Shown piece after piece: positions 17,367 to 28,470 of a DNA stretch of 64,000 nucleotides. Source of the DNA: an uncultured Cytophagales bacterium (GTDB lineage Bacteria; Bacteroidota; Bacteroidia; Cytophagales; JAAEPT01); contig CAWFGW010000025.1 in NCBI GenBank assembly GCA_963815495.1, forward strand, positions 7,013 through 71,012. Reading direction: 5' to 3'. Below the pieces are notes generated by a model that saw nothing but the letters and a program-made list of their open reading frames with translations, made no database searches and was not told the DNA's origin. The number at the start of each line of letters is the position of its first letter. The stretch's first letter is position 1. The translations under genes and the position numbers were made by a program.

Positions 17367-18626
17367 TTGAACCTAATGGGGAATACAGTTAAAGCCGATT
17401 TACTTTTTGATTATAAAGCGATATGTGAAGCGATTTTTAATCACTCCACGGAAGCGATAATTATTGCCGATGAAAAAGCAGATGTTCTTCACGCCAACCC
17501 AACTGCATTAAAATTATTTGAGTATTCGCTTAATGAATTAATCAATCAAAATGTTAGTACACTTGTTCCTCATGAGTACAAAGGGGTACATGAAAAACAT
17601 GTACATCAATATTCTGCCAATCCCCATCCCCGGTCCATGGCCGAAGGGATGGAACTATTCGGCTTAACAAAATCAGGCAAAAAAATCCCTATCAGTGCTA
17701 GTTTAAGCCCTGCAGTCGTCAATGGTAAAAAGATAACCATTGCCTTGATAATAGACATCAGTGAATTAAAAGACAGTAAGGACAAACTTAAATTGCTAAA
17801 TCTAGAGTTAGAAAAAAAAGTGCATGACAGAACTCGCGAGCTGGCGAGCATGATTAACAAACTTGAGAACGCCAACACTGAATTAGAGTCTACTCAAAAA
17901 GAATTAGAGGCTGCGTTAGAAAAAGAAAAAGAGCTCAATGAATTAAAAACACGTTTTGTTTCCATGGCATCCCATGAGTTTAGAACCCCGCTTAGCACAA
18001 TCTTATCCTCCATTTCCTTATTGAAAAAATATGGTACTGATGCGAAGTTTGATGATAAAAGAAGCAAACATTATGACCGTGTAAGCTCTAATGTAAGAAG
18101 TTTAACCAACATTCTAAATGACTTTTTATCACTCGATAAATTACAAAACGGCAACATCACCTGCTACCCAACACATTTTAATTTAAAAGAACTTTGTCTG
18201 GATAGTATTGATGAATTAGAAGAACAATTGAAAGAACAGCAAATCATTAATTTCCGTTTTTCTGGAGCCCCCATGGTATGTCTTGATGAAAACCTCTTGA
18301 AAAACAGTTTTCTAAATTTGCTTTCGAATGCAATCAAATATTCTGAAAAAGATATTCATTTCACGGTAGATGCTGTAGGAGAAGAAATCAACATCTCAGT
18401 AAAAGATCAAGGAATTGGCATTCCAGATGAAGATAAACCACATATGTTTGAACGCTTTTTCAGAGCTAAAAATGTCACTAACATTCAAGGAACAGGGCTA
18501 GGGTTAACAATCGTTAAACGCTACATCGATTTGATGGACGGATCTATAAAATTTAAAAGTGAATACGAAATAGGCACTGAGTTTATCATCATGCTTCCTC
18601 GAAAGCTTTCTGAAAACAATTATTAA
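17367..18626 (+). CDS. PAS-domain sensor histidine kinase (cytoplasmic)
   Basis: PAS region, coiled coil, H-box SHEFRTPL, N-box LLSNAIKYS, G-boxes DQGIGIP and GTGLGL. Confidence 0.85.
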   Translation: MNLMGNTVKADLLFDYKAICEAIFNHSTEAIIIADEKADVLHANPTALKLFEYSLNELINQNVSTLVPHEYKGVHEKHVHQYSANPHPRSMAEGMELFGLTKSGKKIPISASLSPAVVNGKKITIALIIDISELKDSKDKLKLLNLELEKKVHDRTRELASMINKLENANTELESTQKELEAALEKEKELNELKTRFVSMASHEFRTPLSTILSSISLLKKYGTDAKFDDKRSKHYDRVSSNVRSLTNILNDFLSLDKLQNGNITCYPTHFNLKELCLDSIDELEEQLKEQQIINFRFSGAPMVCLDENLLKNSFLNLLSNAIKYSEKDIHFTVDAVGEEINISVKDQGIGIPDEDKPHMFERFFRAKNVTNIQGTGLGLTIVKRYIDLMDGSIKFKSEYEIGTEFIIMLPRKLSENNY

Positions 18627-18631
18627 ATACT

Positions 18632-19690
18632 ATGAGTAAAAAAGTATTAATTATAGAAGATAATTTAGAAGTAAGAGAAAATACTGCTGAGATCTTAGAA
18701 TTAGCTGATTTTGAAGTGATATCAGCCGAAAATGGAAAAGTGGGTGTTGCTTTAGCGAAAGAACATCTTCCAGACATTATTCTATGTGACATCATGATGC
18801 CTGAACTCGATGGCTATGGCGTGTTGCACATACTCTCTAAAAACGAAGCTACTGCTGCTATTCCATTTATTTTTTTAACAGCAAAAGCTGAAAAAAGTGA
18901 TTTTAGAAAGGGTATGAGTTTAGGTGCTGACGATTACCTCACCAAGCCATTTGATGAAATGGAGTTAATGGAAGCCATTGAAAGTCGCTTAAAAAAAAGT
19001 ATTGCCATGAAATCGCACTTTGAGCAAACAATTGATGGCTTAAATGACTTTATTTCAGCTGCTAAACAAAGTTCAAGCATTGAACTCATTATGGCTGAAA
19101 AAAGAGTGCGGGCTTTTAAGAAAAAAGAGGTAATATATCACGAAGATGATTATTGTAACCATGTCTATTTCATTAACTCAGGAAAAGTAAAAACCTTCAA
19201 AATTAATGATGACGGTAAAGAATTCATTACTGGTTTACACCATGCTGGTGATTTTTTAGCTTTTCAAGATGTACTCAAAAACCAGGATTATTCAGAATCA
19301 GCAGCCGTGTTAGATGATGCTGAAATTTGTAGTATTGACAAAGTGGAATTTTTAGAGTTAATGTATTCCAATAAAGACGTTGCTGATAAATTCATTAAAA
19401 TACTTTCCAATAACTTAATTGAGAAAGAACGTGAACTAATCGATTTAGCATACAACACCGTTCGTAAACGCGTTGCTGATGCGTTAATTAAATTAAAAGA
19501 TAAATACCAAAATGAGGGTGACGCGTTTGAAATTAGTATCTCGCGAAGTGATTTAGCCAGTATTGTTGGTACAGCACAAGAGTCTGTCATTCGAATACTA
19601 TCAGAATTCAAGGACGAAAACTTAATTGAAGTAAAAGGTAGTTCTATTAAATTGGTACAACCTGAAAAAATTGCTGCTATTCGGTTTTAA
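18632..19690 (+). CDS. Hybrid response regulator: REC receiver + cNMP-binding (Crp/Fnr) domain + C-terminal HTH
   Basis: The receiver has DIILCDIMMPELDG and LTAK. It is followed by a beta-roll cNMP-like domain and a Crp-type HTH (SRSDLASIVGTAQESVIRILSEF). Confidence 0.8.
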   Translation: MSKKVLIIEDNLEVRENTAEILELADFEVISAENGKVGVALAKEHLPDIILCDIMMPELDGYGVLHILSKNEATAAIPFIFLTAKAEKSDFRKGMSLGADDYLTKPFDEMELMEAIESRLKKSIAMKSHFEQTIDGLNDFISAAKQSSSIELIMAEKRVRAFKKKEVIYHEDDYCNHVYFINSGKVKTFKINDDGKEFITGLHHAGDFLAFQDVLKNQDYSESAAVLDDAEICSIDKVEFLELMYSNKDVADKFIKILSNNLIEKERELIDLAYNTVRKRVADALIKLKDKYQNEGDAFEISISRSDLASIVGTAQESVIRILSEFKDENLIEVKGSSIKLVQPEKIAAIRF

Positions 19691-19696
19691 TCTTAC

Positions 19697-19730
19697 ACCT
19701 GAGAACATGTTCTCAGGTCTTTTCCTTTTT
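19697..19730 (+). terminator. Rho-independent terminator between convergent genes (can act bidirectionally)
   Basis: Hairpin acctgagaac-at-gttctcaggt (19697-19718) followed by cttttccttttt. Confidence 0.7.
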
Positions 19731-19765
19731 AAAATTTCTAGATCAGAAATATCAAAACACTTCGC

Positions 19766-21487
19766 TTATTCTTTCGACTTCGCCACACAAACATCGCAAA
19801 TACCACAATCTTCTTTGAGGTACTCATCAAAATAGGCTGCTAGCTGATAAGAACGGCATTGTTTACTTTTATTCAAATATTTTGCTATCTCATCCAGCCG
19901 GTGACTATCCTGTGCTTTGAGGCGTTGCATTACTTTAAAATTTAAAGGTAGTTTTTGTGCATCATAGCGATAATCCATAAAAGTCAATTGGGGTTTGTCT
20001 TTTTGCATTAAATAATGAACTACTCCAAGCTTACTCAACTTCATCAACTTTTTTCTTACCTCATATACATTCGTTTTTGCTTTGGTAGCAATCCGCTCTT
20101 CATCCACTTTAGTATAATGACCAAAACCTGTTGCACCATAAATCCGCAAAACGTGCTTTATAAATTCATCAAACATGGGATTAGCTACTTGAAAGCGATA
20201 TAAATCATTTCCTTCTAAGTTAAATTTCAACTTCGAAGGTTCATAAAAACCTTCAGTTAACTTCACAAAACCATGTTTTTCTAACAACTGGATTGCTCGA
20301 AAGGCTTCTGCAGACTTAAAGCTATACCGTTGAATAAATTGATCAAAGTTAAAGTCGTAACTCGCATATTGGTTTCCTCCAATTGCAACTGCAAAGAAGT
20401 TGGCCAATGCTTGGTAAATCCTTCTGAGGTATTCTTCATCTGGATAATTAGTCTCGAGGTTTTTATACTGCTTTTCTAGGTCTGACTCATCATACAGCGC
20501 CACCGCATACGCTTTCTTGCCATCACGCCCTGCTCTACCCGCTTCTTGATAATAAGCTTCAATAGCAGTTGGTACATCAAAATGAATGACCGTGCGTACA
20601 TCGGGTTTGTTAATACCCATTCCAAAAGCATTGGTGGCAACAATTACCCGTGTTTTACCTTCTTTCCAGTTCTTCTGCTTGAGTTCGCGCTCTTTGTTAT
20701 TCAGTCCAGCATGATAAATATCTACCCCTATTTTCTGAGCATGTAAATATTTGGCAACATCAACAGTGTGTTTTCGGGTAGAAACATATACCACTGAGGA
20801 TCCATGAACTTTGCTTAGTATGTGTAATGTTTTTTCGTATTTGTTTTCATCCAAAAAAACGGAATACGATAAATTCGAGCGCAAAAAGCTACCTCGAAAC
20901 ACCTTTGCATCCTCAATTTGAAGTCGCGAAAGAATGTCTTCTTTAACTTCCTTGGTAGCACTAGCAGTAAAAGCCAGCATTGGAATTTCTTCAGGTAAGT
21001 GCTGACGTATTTCCGCTATTTTCAGATATGCAGGACGAAAATCGTATCCCCATTGTGAAATACAGTGTGCTTCGTCAATCACTAAAAAATTGATTTTCAT
21101 CTTTGAAAGACGCTCTAAAAAAGCACTAGAATACAATCGTTCTGGTGAGACATATAAAAACTTCGTATCCCCATAAGAAGCATTATCTAATATAACATCA
21201 ATCTCCCGTTTGGTTAAACCCGTATAGATTGCCTCAGCTTTAATTTTTTGAGCTTTCAGGGTCTCCACTTGGTCTTTCATCAAGGAAATAAGTGGCGAAA
21301 CGACTAAACAAATTCCCTCTACGCATAAAGCAGGAACTTGAAAACAAATGGATTTACCTGCACCTGTAGGAAGAATAGCTAAAAGATTTTCACCACGTAA
21401 CGCAGCCTCTACTATTTCCTTTTGATTGGAACGAAAAGTGGTGTACCCCCAGTTTTTATGTAGTATGTCAAGTGGTGTGATTGGCAT
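19766..21487 (-). CDS. recQ: RecQ-family ATP-dependent DNA helicase
   Basis: Motifs LAILPTGAGKS, DEAHCISQWGYDFRPAY, TATA-like FTASAT, and VATNAFGMGINKPDVR. Confidence 0.85.
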   Translation of the reverse strand: MPITPLDILHKNWGYTTFRSNQKEIVEAALRGENLLAILPTGAGKSICFQVPALCVEGICLVVSPLISLMKDQVETLKAQKIKAEAIYTGLTKREIDVILDNASYGDTKFLYVSPERLYSSAFLERLSKMKINFLVIDEAHCISQWGYDFRPAYLKIAEIRQHLPEEIPMLAFTASATKEVKEDILSRLQIEDAKVFRGSFLRSNLSYSVFLDENKYEKTLHILSKVHGSSVVYVSTRKHTVDVAKYLHAQKIGVDIYHAGLNNKERELKQKNWKEGKTRVIVATNAFGMGINKPDVRTVIHFDVPTAIEAYYQEAGRAGRDGKKAYAVALYDESDLEKQYKNLETNYPDEEYLRRIYQALANFFAVAIGGNQYASYDFNFDQFIQRYSFKSAEAFRAIQLLEKHGFVKLTEGFYEPSKLKFNLEGNDLYRFQVANPMFDEFIKHVLRIYGATGFGHYTKVDEERIATKAKTNVYEVRKKLMKLSKLGVVHYLMQKDKPQLTFMDYRYDAQKLPLNFKVMQRLKAQDSHRLDEIAKYLNKSKQCRSYQLAAYFDEYLKEDCGICDVCVAKSKE

Positions 21488-21504
21488 TAGATGCGAAAAT
21501 AAGA

Positions 21505-21542
21505 ATAAAAAAATAGCAAAGAGAATGATTTCCCTTTGCTAT
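21505..21542 (-). terminator. Rho-independent terminator downstream of dcd
   Basis: On the minus strand, a 9-bp stem atagcaaag/ctttgctat is followed by a T-run (plus-strand A-run 21507-21513). Confidence 0.6.
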
Positions 21543-21577
21543 TTCATCGCCATCACTAGAATTGAAAATTGGATAAC

Positions 21578-22114
21578 TTACCACTTATTCTTCCACATCA
21601 TCGACTCTACTGGCCTAAGAGTTCTATTGGTATATTTAGCATTGCCTTTCTCATTGTACTTCACACTCACGTCACCCTCAATCTTAAAGTAAATTAATTG
21701 CCCAATCGGCATTCCATAATATACTTTCACGGGCTGAGAAACGGAGATTTCTAAAGTCCACGTGTTGCAAAAACCCACATCCCCTTTACCAGCAGTGGCA
21801 TGAATGTCAATTCCTAATCGACCGGTGCTTGACTTACCTTCTAAAAAAGGGACTTGTGCATGGGTCTCTGTATATTCTTTTGTTACTCCCAGATAAAGTT
21901 TGCCTGGCTGCAATACAAAACCTTCTTCAGTGATTTCAAAATGCTCTATTTCATTGTGCTTTTTGGCATCCAACACTTCGTCTTTATAAGTAGCGAGGTA
22001 TCGTCCTAAGTGTACATCGTACGAATTAGAACCAAGGTTTTTGGGATCGAAAGGCTCGATAAGGATATTACCCTTATCGATCTCTTCCAATATTTCTTTA
22101 TCTGTGAGTATCAT
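21578..22114 (-). CDS. dcd: dCTP deaminase
   Basis: 178 aa, MILTDKEILEEI...GSNSYDVHLG...GKSSTGRLGI. Typical Dcd. Confidence 0.85.
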   Translation of the reverse strand: MILTDKEILEEIDKGNILIEPFDPKNLGSNSYDVHLGRYLATYKDEVLDAKKHNEIEHFEITEEGFVLQPGKLYLGVTKEYTETHAQVPFLEGKSSTGRLGIDIHATAGKGDVGFCNTWTLEISVSQPVKVYYGMPIGQLIYFKIEGDVSVKYNEKGNAKYTNRTLRPVESMMWKNKW

Positions 22115-22939
22115 TTAGCCTTTCTCTATCATGTCTGATAATTCACCCGCACGTGTTTGTGCTGCCTTCACGCCTTTCATAATGCCCTCTCCCACACCAT
22201 TCTCACGCATCGTATCCAATGCTGCTATAGTTGTTCCTCCTTTTGAAGTTACAGAGTCAATTAAATCCTGGATGGACTTATCACCTTTTTCTTCAATCAT
22301 GTGGAAAGCACCTTTCATGGTGTAGTTCGCTAAGCGCTCAGCAACTTCTAATGAAAGACCTTGCTCAACACCTTGTTTTACCATTGATTGAACATAGTAA
22401 TAAAAATAAGCAGGACCACTTCCACTTATGGAAGTTACGGTGTCTATATCCTCTTCTTTGTCTACTTCGACTAGTTGTCCTGTACTTAAAAGTATTTTTC
22501 TTACATCATCTAGACTCTCACTACGCTTAGCCCCTCCCGACACATAGATTCCTGTCACACCTTCATTCAACATACAAGGTGTGTTAGGCATTGCTCTAAC
22601 AATTGCCGTGTTCATTAAGTGTTTTTCAATCACACGAGCTTTTACTCCCGCCATAATTGACACCAACACTTGACTGTTGTGAATAAACTTGCCTGCTTTT
22701 GACGACATATCAGCAAAATATTGTGGCTTTACTGCTAACACAACAATGGTAGCTTCAGAAAGAGTAGTGTTAAATTCTGTGAACGAATTCGTGAAACCTT
22801 CTTTCTTTAATGATTCTACGCGATTCTCGCTTACATCAAACAAAAGAACATCTTCCTTCTTTGCAATTCCTTTTTTTATGACTGATTGAACATAAGCATA
22901 CCCCATGTTCCCTACTCCTATTACAGCTACTTTACTCAT
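22115..22939 (-). CDS. proC: Pyrroline-5-carboxylate reductase
   Basis: VAVIGVGNMGYA Rossmann motif and the C-terminal SKGGTT motif. 274 aa. Confidence 0.85.
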   Translation of the reverse strand: MSKVAVIGVGNMGYAYVQSVIKKGIAKKEDVLLFDVSENRVESLKKEGFTNSFTEFNTTLSEATIVVLAVKPQYFADMSSKAGKFIHNSQVLVSIMAGVKARVIEKHLMNTAIVRAMPNTPCMLNEGVTGIYVSGGAKRSESLDDVRKILLSTGQLVEVDKEEDIDTVTSISGSGPAYFYYYVQSMVKQGVEQGLSLEVAERLANYTMKGAFHMIEEKGDKSIQDLIDSVTSKGGTTIAALDTMRENGVGEGIMKGVKAAQTRAGELSDMIEKG

Positions 22940-22947
22940 ATATCACT

Positions 22948-24240
22948 TTATTTAAACATTTGGGTTAAGACTTTTCGATTAGCCTCAACGATTTTATTGA
23001 TTTCTATTTCTTTGATTTCTGTTGAAACGAACAAGGTTTCAAATTGCGATGGAGGCAAATATACACCTTCATTTAACAAGCCCCTAAAATATTTACCAAA
23101 GAGCTCTAAATCACATCCTTTCGCTTCATCAAAGTTAGTCACTTTAGCTTCATTAAAAAACAAGGTGTACATAGAACCCAATCTGTTTGAAGTAAATTCC
23201 AGACCTAACTCATCTAAAACTTTTCGAATACCATTGTCTATTAAAGCCGTAGTTTCTGCTAAGTAGTCATAAATAGAAGGGTTATCCATTAGATCAGTCA
23301 ACATGGTTACGCCAGCTGCCATAGCTATTGGGTTCCCTGACAACGTTCCTGCTTGATAAACTGGACCTTGAGGGGATACATAATCCATGATTTCTGCTTT
23401 ACCACCATAAGCCCCAACAGGCATTCCACCTCCTATAATTTTGCCATAAGTCACTAAATCAGCCGTTACACCATAAACCTCTTGTGCACCACCTAAGGCC
23501 AATCGAAACCCTGTCATGACCTCATCAAAAATAAGCACAATACCCTCTTGATTACACAAGGATCTTAAACCTTCTAAAAAGCCTTCTTTAGGTAAAATGC
23601 AGCCCATATTACCCGCTACAGGTTCTAAAATTATAGCTGCAATTTGTTTTTTATTATTTTCAATTAAAACTTTTACTTCATCAAGATCATTATATTTAGC
23701 TGTAAGTGTATCATTCGCAACACCTTGGGTGACACCAGGACTATTGGGTGAACCAAACGTTACTGCTCCACTCCCTGCAGCTATTAAAAAAGAATCACCA
23801 TGGCCATGGTAACAACCTTCAAACTTGATGATTTTATCGCGTCCCGTGTATCCTCGCGCAAGTCGAACTGCTGACATGGTGGCTTCGGTACCGGAGTTGA
23901 CCATTCGCACTTTTTCGACTGAAGGTATAATTGATGTTATTAACTCTGCTATATCAACTTCACGTTTTGATGGCGCACCAAACGACAATGAATAATCACA
24001 TGCTTGCTTTACTGCTGAAATAATTTTAGGATTTGCATGCCCCGTGATCATTGGTCCCCACGAATTAATTAAGTCAACGTAATTATTCCCGTCTTCGTCA
24101 TACATGTAAGCTCCTTTTGCTTTTGTAATGAATAACGGATTACCACCAACAGCTTTAAATGCTCTTACAGGACTATTTACCCCTCCAGGTATAACCTTTT
24201 TAGCCTGTTCAAATAAGGCTTCACTTTTCTCAGTCATCAT
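22948..24240 (-). CDS. hemL: Glutamate-1-semialdehyde 2,1-aminomutase (start moved to MMTEK, 4 nt after the upstream stop)
   Basis: [12 protein letters not shown] near the N-terminus. Class-III aminotransferase with the PLP-Lys region YGKIIGGG. The ORF-track start at 24267 would overlap the upstream gene by 23 nt. Confidence 0.85.
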   Translation of the reverse strand: MMTEKSEALFEQAKKVIPGGVNSPVRAFKAVGGNPLFITKAKGAYMYDEDGNNYVDLINSWGPMITGHANPKIISAVKQACDYSLSFGAPSKREVDIAELITSIIPSVEKVRMVNSGTEATMSAVRLARGYTGRDKIIKFEGCYHGHGDSFLIAAGSGAVTFGSPNSPGVTQGVANDTLTAKYNDLDEVKVLIENNKKQIAAIILEPVAGNMGCILPKEGFLEGLRSLCNQEGIVLIFDEVMTGFRLALGGAQEVYGVTADLVTYGKIIGGGMPVGAYGGKAEIMDYVSPQGPVYQAGTLSGNPIAMAAGVTMLTDLMDNPSIYDYLAETTALIDNGIRKVLDELGLEFTSNRLGSMYTLFFNEAKVTNFDEAKGCDLELFGKYFRGLLNEGVYLPPSQFETLFVSTEIKEIEINKIVEANRKVLTQMFK

Positions 24241-24244
24241 GATT

Positions 24245-26011
24245 TTATTGCTGATTTTCCCAAACAAGTTTGTATTCCTTGTCTAGCTTTAAAACAGGTA
24301 CAATAGCATTACTATATCCATTGGAATAATTCACACCAGTAAAGTTGTACCCTTTAACATATCCTTCTTTTGCCATCTCGGAAATAAACACGTTCCCATA
24401 TTTAGATAGCCACTTTCCATACTGGAGCATTAGGTCATACCCCACTGCTGCATAATCATTTGAGGGTTTTATACCCAGAACTTCCCCAATTTGTTGTCTA
24501 AATAAGAGTGGTTCTTTTCTATTGTAATCAATATAATCTGTATTGTAAAAATGAACATCTCTTCTAATAAATTGCTTGAATTGTATAATATGAATATCCA
24601 ACCACTCTACTGGAGCTATTATGGGAATATAAATTTTATCTCCTTTATAATTTTCATCTGATTCAATTGATGCAATTTTACTTTCTAAAGCACTCATAAA
24701 AGAAGTTGCAAACAAATCTTCTTTATTGAATACAGCCACATGACTTAATGAGTCAAAATTAAATCTTTTCACTATTTTATCAAGTTCAGCCGAATTTTGT
24801 CTCATAATGGATTTATAAGTTACAATTTTCTTACCTGATATCTCCATTTGTTTTTTGTAAGAATCAGCTATTAAGGAATCGCGTAAGTTTGAGTTATAAA
24901 AAATTGCTACCCATCTTTTTTTAGGCAAACTATCCGTTGCAAACTTTGCAAGTTGTACTCCAACTTCATCGTAAGCTGGTTTAAATAATTTAGCGTATTC
25001 TGTTATTAAAGAAGGGTCACCGTTTAAAGGATTGACATAATGAATCTGATTTAATTCAGCAAAGCGAGAAACCAGCTTACCCGTTTCTGATACCGATGCC
25101 CCTATGATTAAATCCATTTGACGCAACTCTGGTAGTTGTAGTACTTCAACTACTTTTGCTGAGTCTTTGCCCGTATCGTATGCATACACTTTAAATTTAG
25201 AAGTCGTCTCTTTTTCTAGCTTTCTTGCAGCTAACTTAATTCCCTCCAACATCTCCAGTTCTTTGCCAGATTTACGCCAATTAGGGGTGCCTTCTAACTC
25301 AAAAGGTAACAATACTGCAATGTTATAAATCGGTTTCTTCACTGATGTACGTTGAAGTACATTTGTATATTGCTTAGGATTTAACTCATAATCTTGAATC
25401 AAATATTGTAACAGATTACGATGATAAACAGTATTGGCAGATGTCTTTAATCGATCAGCGAGTGCTTTCGCCAACGTGAAATTCTCAGGAAATAAAACCT
25501 GCTCTTGAATAATTATATCCAAATGAGGGGTGGTTAATACTTCTTTCCTTATCAACTTGACAACATCCTCTTGAATATCTTTTTCAAAAATGATTTCAGA
25601 CAACAACTCGAATGCCCGGTGATAATTTTTTTCTGAAAGAGCGATGTTAGCCAAAAGGTATTTGATTTCATATACCCGTTTCCATTCCGGAAATTCAGTC
25701 ATCGCCTTCACCAAAATGAATTTGGCATCTAATAACTTATCGATTTTAAATGCCGCATAACCACAATAATAATGAGCTTGTTCTTGAAACTCGTTGTTCT
25801 TATGTGCTTGTGTTAATAACCTAAATCCTTCGTAAGCGTGAGTAAAATCCCCAGATTTAAACAAATCGAGTGACTCCGCATATTTACGCTGAAAGTCTCC
25901 CTTCGATTGTGAAAACCCCACAATAGAAAGAAGACTTAAGATGAAAACAACTAGTATTTTTTTATTCCCACTCAATGGTTGCTGGCGGTTTAGAGCTGAT
26001 GTCATAAACAA
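24245..26011 (-). CDS. Secreted TPR + type-1 periplasmic-binding-fold (LivK-like) protein; true start possibly TTG at 25975
   Basis: Signal peptide [20 protein letters not shown] and N-terminal TPR-like helices. The C-terminal part resembles a PBP1 fold (IAVLLPF...LIIGASVSE). The ATG at 26011 overlaps guaA by 50 nt. Confidence 0.5.
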   Translation of the reverse strand: MFMTSALNRQQPLSGNKKILVVFILSLLSIVGFSQSKGDFQRKYAESLDLFKSGDFTHAYEGFRLLTQAHKNNEFQEQAHYYCGYAAFKIDKLLDAKFILVKAMTEFPEWKRVYEIKYLLANIALSEKNYHRAFELLSEIIFEKDIQEDVVKLIRKEVLTTPHLDIIIQEQVLFPENFTLAKALADRLKTSANTVYHRNLLQYLIQDYELNPKQYTNVLQRTSVKKPIYNIAVLLPFELEGTPNWRKSGKELEMLEGIKLAARKLEKETTSKFKVYAYDTGKDSAKVVEVLQLPELRQMDLIIGASVSETGKLVSRFAELNQIHYVNPLNGDPSLITEYAKLFKPAYDEVGVQLAKFATDSLPKKRWVAIFYNSNLRDSLIADSYKKQMEISGKKIVTYKSIMRQNSAELDKIVKRFNFDSLSHVAVFNKEDLFATSFMSALESKIASIESDENYKGDKIYIPIIAPVEWLDIHIIQFKQFIRRDVHFYNTDYIDYNRKEPLLFRQQIGEVLGIKPSNDYAAVGYDLMLQYGKWLSKYGNVFISEMAKEGYVKGYNFTGVNYSNGYSNAIVPVLKLDKEYKLVWENQQ

Positions 26012-27491
26012 CTCTGTTTACTCCTTTCACTCGGTTAATAATTTGATTTGATATTTCAGCTAGAAAATCATACGGTAAACGCGACCAATCGGCTGTCATT
26101 CCGTCTGTGCTACTCACCGCTCGCAAAGCGACCACATTTTCGTATGTTCTTTCGTCTCCCATAACTCCTACTGACTGTACTGGCAACAACATTACACCCG
26201 CCTGCCATACTTCATTATAAAGGCCTTTTTCTTTTAGCCCATTAATAAAGATATGGTCGACCTCCTGCAAGATGCGTACCTTTTCTTGTGTAATATCACT
26301 CAATATACGAATAGCTAATCCTGGACCTGGAAATGGGTGTCTACCTAAAATAGTTTGTTCTAAACCTAAAGCAGCACCTACTTCTCTTACTTCGTCTTTA
26401 AATAGGGCTTTTAATGGCTCTACAATTTTTAGCTTCATATAATCGGGTAATCCACCTACATTATGGTGTGACTTAATAGTTACAGAAGGCCCGCCCACAG
26501 ATACTGATTCTATAATATCGGGATAAATTGTTCCTTGCGCTAACCATTTCACATCTTTAATCGCATGAGACTCTTCATCGAACACATCGATAAAGACTTT
26601 ACCTATTGCTTTCCGCTTCAGTTCAGGATCTCTCAAACCTTTAAGCGCATCGTAAAATTTATTTTCTGCGCTAACTCCTTTTACATTTAACCCCATGTGT
26701 CGGTATGACTCTAACACATCTTGAAACTCATTTTTACGGAGTAATCCATTATCAACAAATATGCAGTAGAGATTTTTACCAATTGCTTGATGAATGAGCA
26801 TGGCAGCAACAGAGGAGTCTACTCCACCTGATAACCCCAACACCACCTTATCATCGCCCAGTTGTGCTTTTAATTGTGCGACCGCCTCATCAACAAAGTG
26901 TTCTGGTGTCCAATCTTGTGAACAGCCACACACATCCACAAGAAAGTTTTTGATGACAGCTTTACCATCTGTAGAATGATATACCTCAGGGTGAAACTGC
27001 AAACCGTATATCTCTTTGTTTTTAAATTTATAGGCTGCCACTTTTACTGATTCAGTACTGGCAATTAAATCTAACTCATCGGTAAGTTCTTGAATTGTAT
27101 CTCCATGCGACATCCACACTTGAGAATTCAAAGGCATATTGATGAGCAGGTCATTATCCTTTTTAACATATGTCAATAAGGCACGACCATATTCCCTTGT
27201 GCTTGAAGGTTTTACTTCCACACCTACCTTGTGCGCCATCAATTGCGCACCAAAGCAAATACCCAAAATCGGAAACTTTCCTTCAAATTGAGTAATATCT
27301 ATATCTGGAGCAGCAGCATCTCGAACAGAACAAGGACTTCCTGATAAAATCAACCCTTTTACGGATTGGTCAATTTCGGGAACTTTGTTGTATGGATGAA
27401 TTTCACAATACACATTTTGCTCACGTACTCTTCTGGCTATCAATTGAGTATACTGTGACCCAAAATCTAAAATCAAAACCTTCTCATTCAT
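25962..27491 (-). CDS. guaA: GMP synthase (glutamine-hydrolysing)
   Basis: GATase region [12 protein letters not shown]-loop [11 protein letters not shown]-terminus PPATIEWE. Confidence 0.95.
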   Translation of the reverse strand: MNEKVLILDFGSQYTQLIARRVREQNVYCEIHPYNKVPEIDQSVKGLILSGSPCSVRDAAAPDIDITQFEGKFPILGICFGAQLMAHKVGVEVKPSSTREYGRALLTYVKKDNDLLINMPLNSQVWMSHGDTIQELTDELDLIASTESVKVAAYKFKNKEIYGLQFHPEVYHSTDGKAVIKNFLVDVCGCSQDWTPEHFVDEAVAQLKAQLGDDKVVLGLSGGVDSSVAAMLIHQAIGKNLYCIFVDNGLLRKNEFQDVLESYRHMGLNVKGVSAENKFYDALKGLRDPELKRKAIGKVFIDVFDEESHAIKDVKWLAQGTIYPDIIESVSVGGPSVTIKSHHNVGGLPDYMKLKIVEPLKALFKDEVREVGAALGLEQTILGRHPFPGPGLAIRILSDITQEKVRILQEVDHIFINGLKEKGLYNEVWQAGVMLLPVQSVGVMGDERTYENVVALRAVSSTDGMTADWSRLPYDFLAEISNQIINRVKGVNRVVYDISSKPPATIEWE

Positions 27492-27608
27492 GTCGGCAAA
27501 AGTAATAGATGAGGATAAGTTTTACTAGCTAGGGCTATGATTGTTTTCCACTTAAAAGGTCCACAACTACTTTTTTAAATTTTTACTGGTAGAAATACAT
27601 TTTTTTCT

Positions 27609-27616
27609 ATCTTTGC
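27609..27616 (+). promoter_or_regulatory. Bacteroidota sigma-A -7 box (TAnnTTTG) for the SRP RNA
   Basis: The sequence tatctttg matches TAnnTTTG and lies ~5 nt upstream of the predicted RNA 5' end. Confidence 0.6.
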
Positions 27617-27620
27617 AGCG

Positions 27621-27710
27621 GCAAGTCGGTACGACCAGCTCCTGCTGAATCCCCCAGGTCGTGATTGAAGCAAGGGTAAGTGGTTGAGCGGTGCGATATT
27701 CGATTTGCCT
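27621..27710 (+). ncRNA. ffs: Small (4.5S-type) signal recognition particle RNA
   Basis: CUGCUGAAUCCCCCAGGUCGUGAUUGAAGCAAGGGUAAG parallels the conserved domain-IV core ..GAAcCCCgCCAGGcCCGGAAGGgAGCAAcGGUAAG... The terminal helix pairs GGCAAGUCG (27621-29) with CGAUUUGCC (27702-10). A U-run terminator follows at 27711-16. Confidence 0.8.
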
Positions 27711-27755
27711 TTTTTATTTTACATTCCTCCTAATTAGACTTATAATAACCTTCAC

Positions 27756-28412
27756 ATGAAATTCTTTATTGATACTGCTAACTTAAATGAAATAAAAGAA
27801 GCTCAAGCATTGGGTATTCTTGATGGAGTAACAACCAATCCTTCATTGATGGCAAAAGAAGGTATTGCTGGTGAAAAAAACATCATTGACCACTATAAAG
27901 CAATTTGTGCTATTGTAGATGGTGATGTTAGTGCAGAAGTAATTGCAACTGACTATGAGGAAATGATTAAAGAAGGTGAAACCTTAGCTAAACTTGATGA
28001 TAAAATAGTTGTTAAAATTCCAATGATTAAAGATGGTATTAAAGCCATAGCTTATTTTTCAAAAAAAGGAATTAAAACAAATTGTACTTTGATTTTCAGT
28101 GCTGGTCAAGCGTTGTTAGCCGCAAAAGCAGGAGCAACTTACGTTTCTCCTTTTATTGGTCGAATCGATGATACAGGTCATGATGGAATGCGATTGATCG
28201 AAGACATTGTTACCATTTATGATAACTACGGTTTTGAAACTGAAATATTAGCTGCCTCTGTACGACATACGAGACACTTGCTAGATTGCGCAGAGTTAGG
28301 AGCTGATGTAGCTACTTGTCCATTAAGTGCAATTTTAGGTTTATTTCACCACCCACTAACTGATAGCGGACTAGCTAAGTTTTTAGCAGACCATAAAAAA
28401 GTTAACGGATAA
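27756..28412 (+). CDS. fsa: Fructose-6-phosphate aldolase / type-3B transaldolase family
   Basis: [16 protein letters not shown]...GVTTNPSL...VVKIP (Schiff-base Lys). 218 aa. Confidence 0.85.
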   Translation: MKFFIDTANLNEIKEAQALGILDGVTTNPSLMAKEGIAGEKNIIDHYKAICAIVDGDVSAEVIATDYEEMIKEGETLAKLDDKIVVKIPMIKDGIKAIAYFSKKGIKTNCTLIFSAGQALLAAKAGATYVSPFIGRIDDTGHDGMRLIEDIVTIYDNYGFETEILAASVRHTRHLLDCAELGADVATCPLSAILGLFHHPLTDSGLAKFLADHKKVNG

Positions 28413-28470
28413 ACAATTTTATGGAACGTTAATACGTTAATCCTAAAGAGATTTCACCAATCAACAACCT

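Noticed and set aside
21426-21692. 88-aa plus-strand ORF bridging the recQ start and the dcd end
   Set aside because: It overlaps two confident minus-strand genes and the dcd terminator, and has no features.
22131-23266. Plus-strand ORFs (64-126 aa) antisense to proC and hemL; similar antisense ORFs lie inside guaA, etfA/B, hslU, lon, pgk and the TonB receptors
   Set aside because: All lie fully within well-supported genes on the opposite strand and have no motifs. They are typical shadow frames.
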